A program made the translations under genes and the position numbers. Shown here piece after piece: positions 9,496 to 19,417 of a DNA stretch of 47,741 bases (positions are counted from its first letter, which is position 1; each line of letters starts with the position of its first letter). The notes under the pieces are model-generated. The model was not told the origin of the DNA, did no database searches, and worked only from the letters and a program-made list of their open reading frames with translations. This stretch comes from a virus (lineage: Duplodnaviria > Caudoviricetes): IMG/VR virus record IMGVR_UViG_3300043117_000120, positions 1 through 47,741 of that record, one strand, 5' to 3'.

Positions 9496-9904
9496 TGTAA
9501 TATAGATAACAATTATTACAAGTACTTTTTTATCGATATTACATAAAATTACATGCCTTTTCTCAAAAATGTAAGGAAAAATGTAAGATTATTTAATTAC
9601 ATAGTATAATAAGGAAGAAAGTATATATTATTATTATATTTTATTATTTATTTATACCTATTATGTCGGTTTATTACATTCTTACACTTTTCACATGTTT
9701 TTACATATCATAATACTGGCGGTGTAATGTTTGTATTTTGTGTAACGGAATATGCACTTTTTTAATGCGAAAAATATATATTGTGTTAAAAAACATGTGA
9801 TATGTGTGTAAAGTGTAAGAAATCGCCCTAACCCCTCGAAATATCAGGACTTACCATATTACATGTTTCATACAACGTATGTAAGATATTACATAAAAAT
9901 GTAA
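9496..9904. repeat. AT-rich non-coding region with about 18 TTACA/TGTAA copies; candidate replication origin or control region
   Basis: Hand-counted pentamers in both orientations around a very AT-rich core (about 9600-9660), located at the strand switch. Confidence 0.65.
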
Positions 9905-9928
9905 GATGAAAAAAAGATTAAAAAAGTG

Positions 9929-9958
9929 TTGACATTATATATAGTTAATATATATAGT
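9929..9958 (+). promoter_or_regulatory. Sigma70-like promoter P2
   Basis: TTGACATTATATATAGTTAATATATATAGT with A-tracts upstream and AAGGAG RBS downstream. Confidence 0.7.
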
Positions 9959-9981
9959 CAAAACAACAAAGGAGACAAAGC

Positions 9982-10164
9982 ATGTCAGATAAAAGAACAA
10001 GTTTAATATACATTCCTGATCATTTAAAAAGCGTATGGGATGAAATTAAAAAAGATGCTGAAAACCTAAATGTCGGCGTTGGCGTGTACATTATAAATGT
10101 ATACTGCAAATTTAAGGGGATTGATTTTCCCGCCAAGCCTGACATTTTAGATGATAATAAATAA
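9982..10164 (+). CDS. Small putative DNA-binding (RHH-like) protein
   Basis: First gene after P2; strong RBS; strand-helix-helix pattern. Confidence 0.55.
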   Translation: MSDKRTSLIYIPDHLKSVWDEIKKDAENLNVGVGVYIINVYCKFKGIDFPAKPDILDDNK

Positions 10165-10178
10165 CCGGAGGTAGTAAC

Positions 10179-10517
10179 ATGTTTGAAGAGATGTTGTCGC
10201 AAATGGCAGGGAGTTCACACACTTTAAATCCGATTAGTGGTGAAGAACTCAAAAGCGTAAGGGAAGACTATAAGCACATCGAAGACTTAAAGCCTGGGGA
10301 CAAAGTCGTATACAAAAGCAGATGGAAGGCAACACGTCACCCAAAAAATGAAGAAGTCTGCGAAGTGTTCAGGGTATTCCCGCCTAAGCCTGTAACGGAC
10401 AAGTCTGGCTCAAATGTCGAATGCATGGAGCGCGATTTTAGTATTTTGTTTGAGGACGGCGATGGTGATTACGCTGAAATGTTGTTTGACAGCCGCAGGT
10501 TTAAAAGAGTAGAGTAA
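10179..10517 (+). CDS. Hypothetical phage protein
   Basis: GGAGG RBS; 112 aa. Confidence 0.7.
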   Translation: MFEEMLSQMAGSSHTLNPISGEELKSVREDYKHIEDLKPGDKVVYKSRWKATRHPKNEEVCEVFRVFPPKPVTDKSGSNVECMERDFSILFEDGDGDYAEMLFDSRRFKRVE

Positions 10518-10592
10518 TATTTTATCCCGTCGGTTAAGCCGTGGCGTTCAATCGCAAGCGGGCAAATTAAAATTATAACCGGAGGTCACAAC

Positions 10593-11123
10593 ATGTACAA
10601 CTGGCAGGTTGTGAAGGATAAGATTAAAGATATTGATAACCCCATAGTCGCAGAGGTAGGCGTTCACCGCGGCGTTATGTCCCGGCAGATGCTTGACCAT
10701 ATACCAAACCTCACCCTCTACATGATCGATACCTGGTCACCTGATACCTACACTGGCCTTGATATAGAGGCAGCAGCTAACAGCAAAATGAAAGAATACC
10801 ATGATCAGTGGCTTGATAATTACAGATCAGCTCTACTCTGCGCGGTGAAGCACTGGCCAAGGGCACTACCCATAAGGGGCAGATCACTTGATATAGCACG
10901 GGCATTACCTGACCGGTTTTTTGACGTGGTGTATATTGATGCCGCACACGACGCGGATTCAGTTCGCGCCGATTGCAAGGCGTGGCTGTCAAAGGTGAAA
11001 ATAGGCGGCTGGCTCGGCGGTCACGACTACGGAGTATTTGAAGGGGTTAAGCACGCAGTAGATGAGCTTTTCGGTGATCTCGTGGAAATAGAGGATGACT
11101 TCACATGGTGGGTAAAGATATGA
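10593..11123 (+). CDS. Class I SAM-dependent methyltransferase (Methyltransf_24-like)
   Basis: AEVGVHRG, IDTW, DVVYIDAAHD, KIGGWLGGHDY, GVKHAVDE. Confidence 0.9.
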   Translation: MYNWQVVKDKIKDIDNPIVAEVGVHRGVMSRQMLDHIPNLTLYMIDTWSPDTYTGLDIEAAANSKMKEYHDQWLDNYRSALLCAVKHWPRALPIRGRSLDIARALPDRFFDVVYIDAAHDADSVRADCKAWLSKVKIGGWLGGHDYGVFEGVKHAVDELFGDLVEIEDDFTWWVKI

Positions 11124-11254
11124 CCGTTGGAAATTACATATATGACTACTGCTGCAAAACATGCTGGCATAATTGGCGATCTGAGAAGAAATATTCGTCT
11201 TGCCCAAAATGCAAGGGTAAAAATCTTGATGTGATAAAGGATATACGATTATGA
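11120..11254 (+). CDS. 44-aa zinc-ribbon protein (FmdB-like)
   Basis: Hand-translated YDYCCKTC...CPKCKG; ATGA overlaps at both ends. Confidence 0.6.
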   Translation: MTVGNYIYDYCCKTCWHNWRSEKKYSSCPKCKGKNLDVIKDIRL

Positions 11255-11481
11255 AAAAGAAAGTGTATATCGTACCTGTGTTTTGCAATGACCGGAATGT
11301 TGACCTTTGTGATATGTGTTATTTTAACCGTGGCGACTATCGGCCATGTAGTGATTTCCTTGAAAACTCTTTTGATTGTTGCGGTAAATATACTGGCTGT
11401 TACGCACGGCTGGCAACAGACCGTGAAATTACGAGACACAACCATAAGCGATTAAATAAATTACTGGGTAATTGCAAATGA
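11251..11481 (+). CDS. Cys-rich hypothetical protein
   Basis: Coupled to neighbouring genes; CDMC motif. Confidence 0.5.
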   Translation: MKKKVYIVPVFCNDRNVDLCDMCYFNRGDYRPCSDFLENSFDCCGKYTGCYARLATDREITRHNHKRLNKLLGNCK

Positions 11482-12152
11482 AAATAGAACTCCACATCTT
11501 CACAAATTGCACCGATTCCGCACCGTCAACTGCTGTGCTGCGTCGAACCCATAAATCATTCACCGACAGCTTCGGCCTGATGCGTCCGATAATCCATGTC
11601 GATCCGAACCCACGCTCAGGACACCTCCAGCGCTATGTGCATAATCTGCAAAAAAACTTTCAGAACATCAGAATCACCCGCTCACTCTCACAGGGGTATA
11701 TCCAGGCAATAACGCTTTCACGAGCTGATTATCTATTTATGCTTGAGCATGACTGGGAATTTATTCCCGATTTTATCGTGCATACCCTGGGGCAGATAAC
11801 CGACTGCATGAAGCGTGAAGGTATATATCACATGCGGTTTAACAAGCGTAAAAACATCATTGCTAAATGGGACAGGGAGTTAAGGGAATGCGCGGTATTC
11901 ATACCTGATACACACCTTATGTATTGCCGAACCCCGATACTGAGCAATAACCCTCATATACTCCATCGCGCAACATATCTTGATTTTATAAAAAACCGCT
12001 GCATCGTGGAAAAACCAGGAAGCAAGGGGATTGAGGAAATAATATCACAGCATCCCAGGACATGGGGTGCCATATATGGCCCGGCGGGATATCCGGCAAC
12101 GGTGAAACATATAGACGGCAGAAAACAAAAGAGGGGGCGACGTCGTGCATAG
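11472..12152 (+). CDS. Glycosyltransferase, GT-A fold
   Basis: DYLFMLEHDWEF, SNNPH and VKHIDG motifs. Confidence 0.7.
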   Translation: MQMKIELHIFTNCTDSAPSTAVLRRTHKSFTDSFGLMRPIIHVDPNPRSGHLQRYVHNLQKNFQNIRITRSLSQGYIQAITLSRADYLFMLEHDWEFIPDFIVHTLGQITDCMKREGIYHMRFNKRKNIIAKWDRELRECAVFIPDTHLMYCRTPILSNNPHILHRATYLDFIKNRCIVEKPGSKGIEEIISQHPRTWGAIYGPAGYPATVKHIDGRKQKRGRRRA

Positions 12153-12405
12153 ATTACAGGGCATGGATAATTTAATAGATTGTGTATTAAGATTGGAAAT
12201 TAGTCAAGTAGGCGTTGGACGCGCACACTATCTGTGTGTCGGTCACAGCATAACCCGGCTCCATGTCCTGCAATGTGCGTACGAATAAAGTAAATATTTA
12301 TGGAGGTGTCACAAATGACTAACATAATAACAGGATTACTCATAATGATAGCAGCAGTCACTGCATACGTGATATTTATAAAATCAGAATCAAAAAGGGG
12401 TTAAC

Positions 12406-12588
12406 ATGAAAATAGGCGCGGGATGGAAAAAATCAAAAGATGGTGGCAGCTACATAAGCTGTGTTATTCAGTCACCGTTTATACCGGGCGGATCTATCAA
12501 CTTCGCAATATTTCCGGTACGGGAAAAGAGTAGCGAAAACGCACCGGATTACAACATTGTCTGGAGTGAGCGTAATGAGAATAATTAA
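12406..12588 (+). CDS. DUF736-like small protein
   Basis: KIGAGWKK...YIS...APDYNIVWS. Confidence 0.75.
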   Translation: MKIGAGWKKSKDGGSYISCVIQSPFIPGGSINFAIFPVREKSSENAPDYNIVWSERNENN

Positions 12589-12701
12589 AATACTCAGCAT
12601 ACCGTTTATTCTCGTACTGATAATGATTTTCACACTGCTGCATGCCCTCACTCACAGTTACAATATGTACAAAATAACTATATTACTATGGAGTATGATC
12701 G

Positions 12702-13271
12702 ATGTATGATAAAGAATTTTACCAGCGTAACTTAAAATTCCAGACCGCACTTTCACGGGAATTGACGCCGCTGCTTTGCGTGAATCGCTTTCAATTTAAA
12801 TCGGTTATTGACTTCGGTTGCGGCTGCGGAAAGCTGCTGTCTGATATCGTCAGGGCAAAGGATATAAAAAAATATTCAGGCATAAATGGCGACATCCCGG
12901 ATAATTTACAAATACCGCGCCATCACCTGAATGTATTTAATTTTAACATATACAGCGACAACGTGGTACTGTTTGGCCAGATGGATTTAGCCATTTCACT
13001 TGAAGTGGCCGAACACATCGAACCACAATATGCAGGCGACTTCATATCTCTAATAACCCGCTGCGCACGAAAATACATAATATTCAGCGCGGCAACACCC
13101 GGCCAGGGTGGTATCGGACACGTCAATGAACAACCCCATGAGCACTGGCATGATTTATTTTTGTGCAAGGGCTGGGTACACCGCGACATAATACGGCCCG
13201 CACTTGCAGCGAAAAAGCATGTGCCATTCTGGTACCGCAACAATATATTTATGTATGAGAGGGAAAGATGA
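12702..13271 (+). CDS. Class I SAM-dependent methyltransferase
   Basis: VIDFGCGCG, SLEVAEHI, FSAATPGQGGIGHVNEQ, WYRNN. Confidence 0.9.
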   Translation: MYDKEFYQRNLKFQTALSRELTPLLCVNRFQFKSVIDFGCGCGKLLSDIVRAKDIKKYSGINGDIPDNLQIPRHHLNVFNFNIYSDNVVLFGQMDLAISLEVAEHIEPQYAGDFISLITRCARKYIIFSAATPGQGGIGHVNEQPHEHWHDLFLCKGWVHRDIIRPALAAKKHVPFWYRNNIFMYERER

Positions 13272-14035
13272 TGAGTAATAACCGCCCCTTCTCAGAATAC
13301 ATCCGTCACGTCATGCGCAACGACCGAAACGAACTCGGCATGATAATAAACGATAAGATACGGGTAAAGGAATACTGTGACGCAAAACTTGACCCCGTTG
13401 TGGTAGATGAACTGTTCAGGCATCGCATATACGCAGGCTACACCCCTGAAGTGGCCCTGGCAAGCATAACGCCGCCATGTGTCATACGGCTGAACAATGG
13501 CTGGCATAAAATGAAATTTATTTTCAATCATCACGACATCGCTAAAAAGATAGATCTTGCCACGCTCAAACACTGGCAGGCCCAGAAATGGACATCGGCC
13601 GAGTGGTCATATAGGCAGATAGTGCCCGGTTTTACCGTTGAGCGTATGCTGCCGCCGGTTCACAATCTATTCAAGCTCTTCATTTTCCACGGCAAGGTTA
13701 AATATGTATGGGCCCAGCGCTACGATGTGAGTAGCGGCAGAATAGGACAGCTCGGATGCACCATGTATACACCGGACTGGCAGAAACTGCCCGTGCAATG
13801 GAATAAAGTAAAAATGATAGATTTTGACCGACCGGAAAGGCTGGATCAGATGATACGCATAGCTGAACTGCTCTATGACAAGGCGTGGCAGTTTATGCGG
13901 GTTGACCTGTATTGCAATCAAGACGAGATCAGATTTTCAGAAATGATGCAATACCACGCCGGCGGGACAAACGGCTTCGGTGAGTGGGACTACGAACTTG
14001 GAAAACATATTGATTGGAGTGAGGTGACGGTATGA
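13268..14035 (+). CDS. TupA-like ATP-grasp amide ligase
   Basis: DKIRVKEY, KLFIFHGK, FMRVDLY, IRFSEM, DYELG. Confidence 0.8.
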   Translation: MMSNNRPFSEYIRHVMRNDRNELGMIINDKIRVKEYCDAKLDPVVVDELFRHRIYAGYTPEVALASITPPCVIRLNNGWHKMKFIFNHHDIAKKIDLATLKHWQAQKWTSAEWSYRQIVPGFTVERMLPPVHNLFKLFIFHGKVKYVWAQRYDVSSGRIGQLGCTMYTPDWQKLPVQWNKVKMIDFDRPERLDQMIRIAELLYDKAWQFMRVDLYCNQDEIRFSEMMQYHAGGTNGFGEWDYELGKHIDWSEVTV

Positions 14036-14340
14036 AAAAATTACGACATACACCGGGGCCGTGGAAAATCACAAGAAGGTCGGATGATTATATAGATCCA
14101 ATTGAACAAGTAGGAGAAATAAAACCCGGATTTACTCATGCAGATGACGCATGGCTTGAAATAACTGAACCAGATGCACGGCTTATAGCCGCCGCACCTG
14201 AAATGCTGGAAGCGTTGATATCAGCATATTCAGAAATAAAAGAATATACTGAACTTGCTAAAATGTACGGTGAGCCAGAATACACTAAAGAAATAATCGA
14301 AAAAGCAACTGGACTACCAATAGACGAGGTATTGAAATGA
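14032..14340 (+). CDS. Conserved phage hypothetical protein
   Basis: HTPGPW...DARLIAAAPEMLEAL motif. Confidence 0.8.
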   Translation: MKKLRHTPGPWKITRRSDDYIDPIEQVGEIKPGFTHADDAWLEITEPDARLIAAAPEMLEALISAYSEIKEYTELAKMYGEPEYTKEIIEKATGLPIDEVLK

Positions 14341-15032
14341 AAACATGTGCGATCTGCATAGCAGCTTATGACTGTGTTGAATTTTTACCCGACCTTCTAC
14401 GCTCAATAAAAAATCAGCAGTTGCTCAATGGTTGGATATATGACTACCGTATCGGCGTTGACGGCTGCAGGGCGACCTCTGATTTCCTGCGAAAGATGGG
14501 CATAAAGCACTACTACAGCACCGAAAACGTGGGCCATCTCGTAATGCGTAACAGCCTGTTCTACCTCGCCCCGGCTAACGTGTATGCGTATTTTGACGCA
14601 GATGACTACATGCTGCCGACCTATTTAGCTAAAAATATAGCCGCGGCTGATTATCATAATTTTGTCATGGCAAAAAAGATCAACGTTAACGAACAGCTTA
14701 TGGACGTGCGTAAGCGTGGGAAAGTAATAGAAAATGGCGGCGCCATGACTTTTACAAGCCGCGTCCTGGAAGCGGTAGGAGGATTCGCACCATACAGATG
14801 TGCGGGTGATACCGACCTGATGCGACGTGCTGAGATGGCAGGATTTAATATACACGTTATAGATGAAGCGCTATATCTCAGGCGCTCCCACCACAAAGCA
14901 TTGACAAAGGCTGAACATACCAGGATAAAAAGCCCCTACCGCACCCGGGTATGGAAAGAGATGTGTGATGCACGCGCAAAGGGCAGGATCCGGGTATCAC
15001 CGGTAATGACTGAACTTGTGGAGGTGAAGTGA
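14337..15032 (+). CDS. Glycosyltransferase family 2
   Basis: ICIAAYD, GVDGC, YFDADD, VGGF, GDTDL, YLRRSH. Confidence 0.9.
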   Translation: MKTCAICIAAYDCVEFLPDLLRSIKNQQLLNGWIYDYRIGVDGCRATSDFLRKMGIKHYYSTENVGHLVMRNSLFYLAPANVYAYFDADDYMLPTYLAKNIAAADYHNFVMAKKINVNEQLMDVRKRGKVIENGGAMTFTSRVLEAVGGFAPYRCAGDTDLMRRAEMAGFNIHVIDEALYLRRSHHKALTKAEHTRIKSPYRTRVWKEMCDARAKGRIRVSPVMTELVEVK

Positions 15033-15145
15033 TGCTAAACGATAAAACATTCCGTAAGTTAAACATTGCTTTAATGATTCAATTGGTTTTACTCGTTGTA
15101 TTGCTCATAATACAGGCTTTAAATTTTATATCAAAGGATTGAGAT

Positions 15146-16177
15146 ATGCCACAACCCATACACATAAGCGCAAGCCGCGGCGCGGCAATACTGGGACTAT
15201 CAAAATGGAATACCCCTGCCCGGGCATGGCTGCAGATAATGGAGTCACTGCAGCCCGGATTCTGCGCCCGTAATAATTTCCTGCTTCCAGAATTTGACGA
15301 GGATGCGGCAGTTTTAAGATGGGGCAAAGCCTTTGAGTCATCTATTATAGAGCTTGCAGAGAACCGGCGCGGTGTATTTGAGATAACTAACCGGGAGAAG
15401 TTGTGCTATCACCTCAAACATAACTTCATAACCTGCCACATCGACGGTGAATACGACTACGAAACCGGACACGAGGGCAAAACGACAAGTGCTTTCTATT
15501 TCCGCGACAACTTCGGTGAGCCCGGCACTGACGAGGTGCCGATGGAATACCAGATACAATGTCAGCATCAGCTCTTATGTAACCATCTATGGAAAAAGGT
15601 AGTGCTGTCAGTGCTGGTATTCCCGCGCCGCGTCGAAGAGTGGGAAGAGATGGGATATGTCCCGATGGAGCTTGAAAATGGTATATGGAGTATTTGCGTT
15701 GAAGAAATCTCGAAGGGCATAGCGCCGACGTGCCCTCTCAAATGGGCCCGCACCCTTGACGAAATGGGATACTTCCATCAATACGAAATATACCCCCACC
15801 CCGAACTGCAGGAGCGCATGATAGCCCATTACAATGATTTCTGGCACGAGAACGTACTCGGTCAAATACCACCTGAGCCCCAGGATTATCTCGACATAAA
15901 ATCACTAATACGTGAACCGGTCGGGACCGTGGTAGCTGATGAACACATTGAGCGCAAGGTTGCGGAGTATAAGCAGATCGGACGTGAAATATCAAATACT
16001 GGTGAACTCGGGAAGCGTCGGGAAATGCTTAAAGTTGAAATACTCGACTGGACGCACAGGATGGGCGCGAAGGTGGAGGATGATGACAGCGCCGATAAAT
16101 ACGTGATACGTGACAGATCAGGTAAAAAGATAGCAAGTTATTACCGTGACAAAAACGGAAACTTTATATTCAGGTGA
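15146..16177 (+). CDS. YqaJ-like viral recombination exonuclease
   Basis: ISASRGAAILGLSKWNTP, WGKAFE, CHIDG, EGKT, YQIQCQHQL. Confidence 0.88.
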   Translation: MPQPIHISASRGAAILGLSKWNTPARAWLQIMESLQPGFCARNNFLLPEFDEDAAVLRWGKAFESSIIELAENRRGVFEITNREKLCYHLKHNFITCHIDGEYDYETGHEGKTTSAFYFRDNFGEPGTDEVPMEYQIQCQHQLLCNHLWKKVVLSVLVFPRRVEEWEEMGYVPMELENGIWSICVEEISKGIAPTCPLKWARTLDEMGYFHQYEIYPHPELQERMIAHYNDFWHENVLGQIPPEPQDYLDIKSLIREPVGTVVADEHIERKVAEYKQIGREISNTGELGKRREMLKVEILDWTHRMGAKVEDDDSADKYVIRDRSGKKIASYYRDKNGNFIFR

Positions 16178-16473
16178 GGTGTAATATGGAAATGACAGAT
16201 TATCAGATAAGGCAGCATATTGACTGGCTGATACAGGCTCAGACGAGACTAAAGCGGTATTATGAGATGGTGGAAAGTGACAGCGAAAACGGAATCGAGT
16301 TTAGTGGCGTACCAGAATTTACAATACATGTTTATAAAGGTATTGAAAAAATAGCTAGTGCCCTGAATTGCGATCTTTCCATAATCACAGACAGGGATGA
16401 AAAATACCCGTTTGAGTATTTTTTCAAATATCGCGGATATAAGATATTCCAAATATCAGAGGCACCGCTGTGA
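16174..16473 (+). CDS. Hypothetical protein
   Basis: ORF in operon; GAGGTG RBS before the internal ATG. Confidence 0.6.
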   Translation: MRCNMEMTDYQIRQHIDWLIQAQTRLKRYYEMVESDSENGIEFSGVPEFTIHVYKGIEKIASALNCDLSIITDRDEKYPFEYFFKYRGYKIFQISEAPL

Positions 16474-16602
16474 TCTACATTACCCTTGACGATGCGTTTA
16501 TTCTGTATGACAGCAGTGACAGAAAAAGGATTTACACATTCGGCACTTTCTGCGACTTACTCATTAAGCGTGGATATAAAATATTATAACGGAGGACAGA
16601 AA

Positions 16603-17187
16603 TTGAAAACGATATGGATTGACGTTGAAACAACAGGTCTTGATTTTGAGAAATGTCAAATAATAGAACTTGCTGCATTATACGAAAACGGTAAAGAAAG
16701 TGATCTTTTTCATAAGTATTGCAAACCAGAATCAAGACCAGATAATTTTGCAGAAATTGAAGAGCTTACCGGAATATCATGGTCATTCTTGGAAGATTGC
16801 GGGGTCAGCGAAAGACAGCTTTATATTGATTTTGTAGAGTTTCTTTCAAAAAAAATAGACAGATATGACAGAACAGATAAAGCTCTTTTTGCAGCGTTTA
16901 ATGCTGATTTTGACAATCAGTTTTTACGAGAACTTTTCAAGCGCAATGGTGATAATTATTTTGGCTCATGGTTTCACAGTGCAAGACTCGATGTTTTTTC
17001 TACAGTTGCCATGGCATATAGATTTGAAGTGCTTGACGTTCAACCTAACAATAAAAATGAAACAATCGCAAAAGCGCTTGATATACAATTAACCGCCCAT
17101 AGCGCAATAGAAGATATAAAAGCTTCAAGACAGATACAGATTATTTTGGAAAATAAAATATTGGCGAGGTCACACGATGGGAATTAA
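16603..17187 (+). CDS. DEDDh 3'-5' exonuclease (DnaQ-like)
   Basis: IDVETTG, FNADFD, AHSAIEDI; TTG start at 16603 after GGAGG. Confidence 0.9.
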   Translation: MKTIWIDVETTGLDFEKCQIIELAALYENGKESDLFHKYCKPESRPDNFAEIEELTGISWSFLEDCGVSERQLYIDFVEFLSKKIDRYDRTDKALFAAFNADFDNQFLRELFKRNGDNYFGSWFHSARLDVFSTVAMAYRFEVLDVQPNNKNETIAKALDIQLTAHSAIEDIKASRQIQIILENKILARSHDGN

Positions 17188-18091
17188 AAAAGGATTGACT
17201 AAACGGTTTGCTGAAATCGGAAAAATCAAGATCGGCGGTAAGGGTGAGACGCGGAAATCGGCCAAGGGTGTAGAGTACCAACTCCCCGTGCGGTATGAAC
17301 ATTTTGTTGTCACCACGACCGAAAAAGGCCCAGATGGGAATTTTATTATAGACAACACGGTTATGAAAGCACTCACAAAAGATAACCCTGAGCCCAAGGA
17401 AATACCTATCCGGCTGCCCTTTGATGATATCGACCTTAACTTCTACACCTCATTCCAGATGTACCAGGGCAGTAAATGTATATGCCGCGGCGACGGTGAA
17501 AACGCCGTCAGAGTCACCGCCCAGGGCACTGAGCAGCATGTCAAATGCAGCCCCGACACCTGTCGGTACCTCAAAGATGAAAAATGCAAGGTCAGCGGGA
17601 TATTGAGTTGTCACATACCCTGCAGTATGGAAGCCGGTGGTATCTATAGATTTAGAACTCACTCGTGGAATAGTGTAAGTGCGATACTGGCAAGCCTTGA
17701 ATATATATCCGACAACACAAACGGTGTACTCCAGGGCCTGCCACTGAAATTAAAGTTCCTGAAAAAAGCCACCGCTGAACACGGCAATGTAAATATTGTT
17801 ACACTGGTACTTGACGGCCTCGAAATGATGAAGCTGCGCGAACTGGCGTACCTTGAATACGAAAACCGGATGAAACTTGGAATCGATATGCACGCGATAC
17901 AAGAACAGGCCAAGGTTGCCGGATTCCTGGAAGATCATGATGACCCCGCAGATGTAGAAGAAGAGTTCTACCCGCCCGTTGTGGCAGAGACAGAGCAGAA
18001 AGGTGTGAGTGCGGAGTCAGCAGAAAAAGAGCTTGCAGAAAAAGAGGAAAAACCTGATACTACAGACGATGTACAGGGAGATTTGTTGTAA
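17177..18091 (+). CDS. Gp3-like (recombination directionality factor-like) protein
   Basis: EIGKIKIG, CRGDG, Cys cluster, FRTHSWNS, acidic tail; near the YqaJ-like gene. Confidence 0.7.
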   Translation: MGIKKGLTKRFAEIGKIKIGGKGETRKSAKGVEYQLPVRYEHFVVTTTEKGPDGNFIIDNTVMKALTKDNPEPKEIPIRLPFDDIDLNFYTSFQMYQGSKCICRGDGENAVRVTAQGTEQHVKCSPDTCRYLKDEKCKVSGILSCHIPCSMEAGGIYRFRTHSWNSVSAILASLEYISDNTNGVLQGLPLKLKFLKKATAEHGNVNIVTLVLDGLEMMKLRELAYLEYENRMKLGIDMHAIQEQAKVAGFLEDHDDPADVEEEFYPPVVAETEQKGVSAESAEKELAEKEEKPDTTDDVQGDLL

Positions 18092-18099
18092 GACGTACC

Positions 18100-18198
18100 G
18101 GCGCGGTGGTGGAACTGGTAGACGCCGTTTCCCGAAACGCTATCTGAGCACGGGTGCAAATGTGTGATAGTGCAGGGTTCGAGTCCCTGCCCGCGCCA
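18100..18198 (+). ncRNA. tRNA-like RNA lacking a canonical anticodon arm
   Basis: Acceptor GGCGCGG/CCGCGCC-A, D-arm TGGTGGAACTGGTAGACGC, T-arm GCAGGG-TTCGAGT-CCCTGC; atypical middle section. Confidence 0.65.
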
Positions 18199-18312
18199 AA
18201 GGAGACATGGTTTTCATGGTAAATGAGAGTCTTCTTCTAAACAACACACAGAACCATGATGACAGCCGGGAAAGAACCGGCCCCCTCTACGGGGTTATAA
18301 CGGAGGTAGGGT

Positions 18313-18798
18313 ATGAATTTAAAATTTAAAAATCCATTTAAAGCAGGAATCGACTGGCTCGTACATAATTACTATAGCTATAACTATATCCATAAAGACA
18401 TGATACGGGACGAAATTAACCAGCGCCTTGAAGATCAGGAAAAGCGCCTTATTGCCGAACGTGATGTGATAATAAATAACATAAAGCGCAATCTTGAAAA
18501 TAAATACCTGATAAAAGAAGAGGGATACATCACCGAACTGCTCAGATATGAACAGCGTGATAAACGCCGTGAGCATTGGCATGAAAAGGTGATGGAGCTG
18601 TATTACCGTGTACGCAGGTGGGCCCAGGAGCTGGCAGTCATAACCGCCACGAATCAGCACCATGGCAAAGATATACAGGAAAACATCAGCGAATACATAG
18701 GGAAGCTGGACATGATAGAAATTGACGCCAAAGACCTTAACAAAGAGATCAAAAAGTGTGAACCGGGCGACCGTGAATTATTGGATGGGGTGAAATAG
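18313..18798 (+). CDS. Hypothetical coiled-coil protein
   Basis: GGAGG RBS; 161 aa. Confidence 0.7.
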   Translation: MNLKFKNPFKAGIDWLVHNYYSYNYIHKDMIRDEINQRLEDQEKRLIAERDVIINNIKRNLENKYLIKEEGYITELLRYEQRDKRREHWHEKVMELYYRVRRWAQELAVITATNQHHGKDIQENISEYIGKLDMIEIDAKDLNKEIKKCEPGDRELLDGVK

Positions 18799-18811
18799 AG
18801 GGTGTAGTAAA

Positions 18812-19042
18812 ATGAAAATTGATGATTTTTTGTGGTTCTGGAAATTTAATCCAGAAATAGAAGAAGGCTCTGAAATAAAATGTAATGAGTGTGGTGCATG
18901 GTCGCCCCACGTTGAATGGGCAGAAACAGAAGTATACTGTGAAGATTGCGGAGAACATGCAGCAATAGAATGTCCGAAATGTGGTATGTCCCATGACCAT
19001 GTTTGGAGCGATACTTTTGAAACACGGAAAGTTGGCGGATAA
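18812..19042 (+). CDS. Small zinc-finger protein
   Basis: CNEC, CEDC, CPKC. Confidence 0.7.
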   Translation: MKIDDFLWFWKFNPEIEEGSEIKCNECGAWSPHVEWAETEVYCEDCGEHAAIECPKCGMSHDHVWSDTFETRKVGG

Positions 19043-19171
19043 TTACGCCTAACTATTCAAGCGTGATCCGACGTGACCGGGATTATGTTTGATAAATCAG
19101 AATAATTTTTATCGGTCATGTTGGATACGCTTTGTTGTACGAAGTGGCGCAAATTACATAGGAGGTTTATC

Positions 19172-19363
19172 ATGATATGTATTATACATGGTGAAAAAAG
19201 AAAGTGTGAAGTAACTGAAAATATGGGGTATCAAAACGGGCGATACGTCAAAGCAGTAGAATATGAAGGAAAAGAATATATTGTAATTAAAGATGGTAAG
19301 TTGTGGCGTACTGTTGATCCGATAGAAAAATTAAGACCTGTTGGCCATTGTGTCGGTCAATAA
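19172..19363 (+). CDS. Hypothetical protein (cassette-like)
   Basis: AGGAGG RBS before ATG 19172; lies between the 20-bp inverted repeats. Confidence 0.65.
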   Translation: MICIIHGEKRKCEVTENMGYQNGRYVKAVEYEGKEYIVIKDGKLWRTVDPIEKLRPVGHCVGQ

Positions 19364-19417
19364 GTTTTGCGCCATTTCGTACAACGAACAAGGCATAGAC
19401 GAAGGAGGATTAAAACA

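Noticed and set aside
18100-18198. Functional tRNA-Leu/Ser gene or attP core
   Set aside because: No 7-nt anticodon loop can be drawn, and no integrase was recognised
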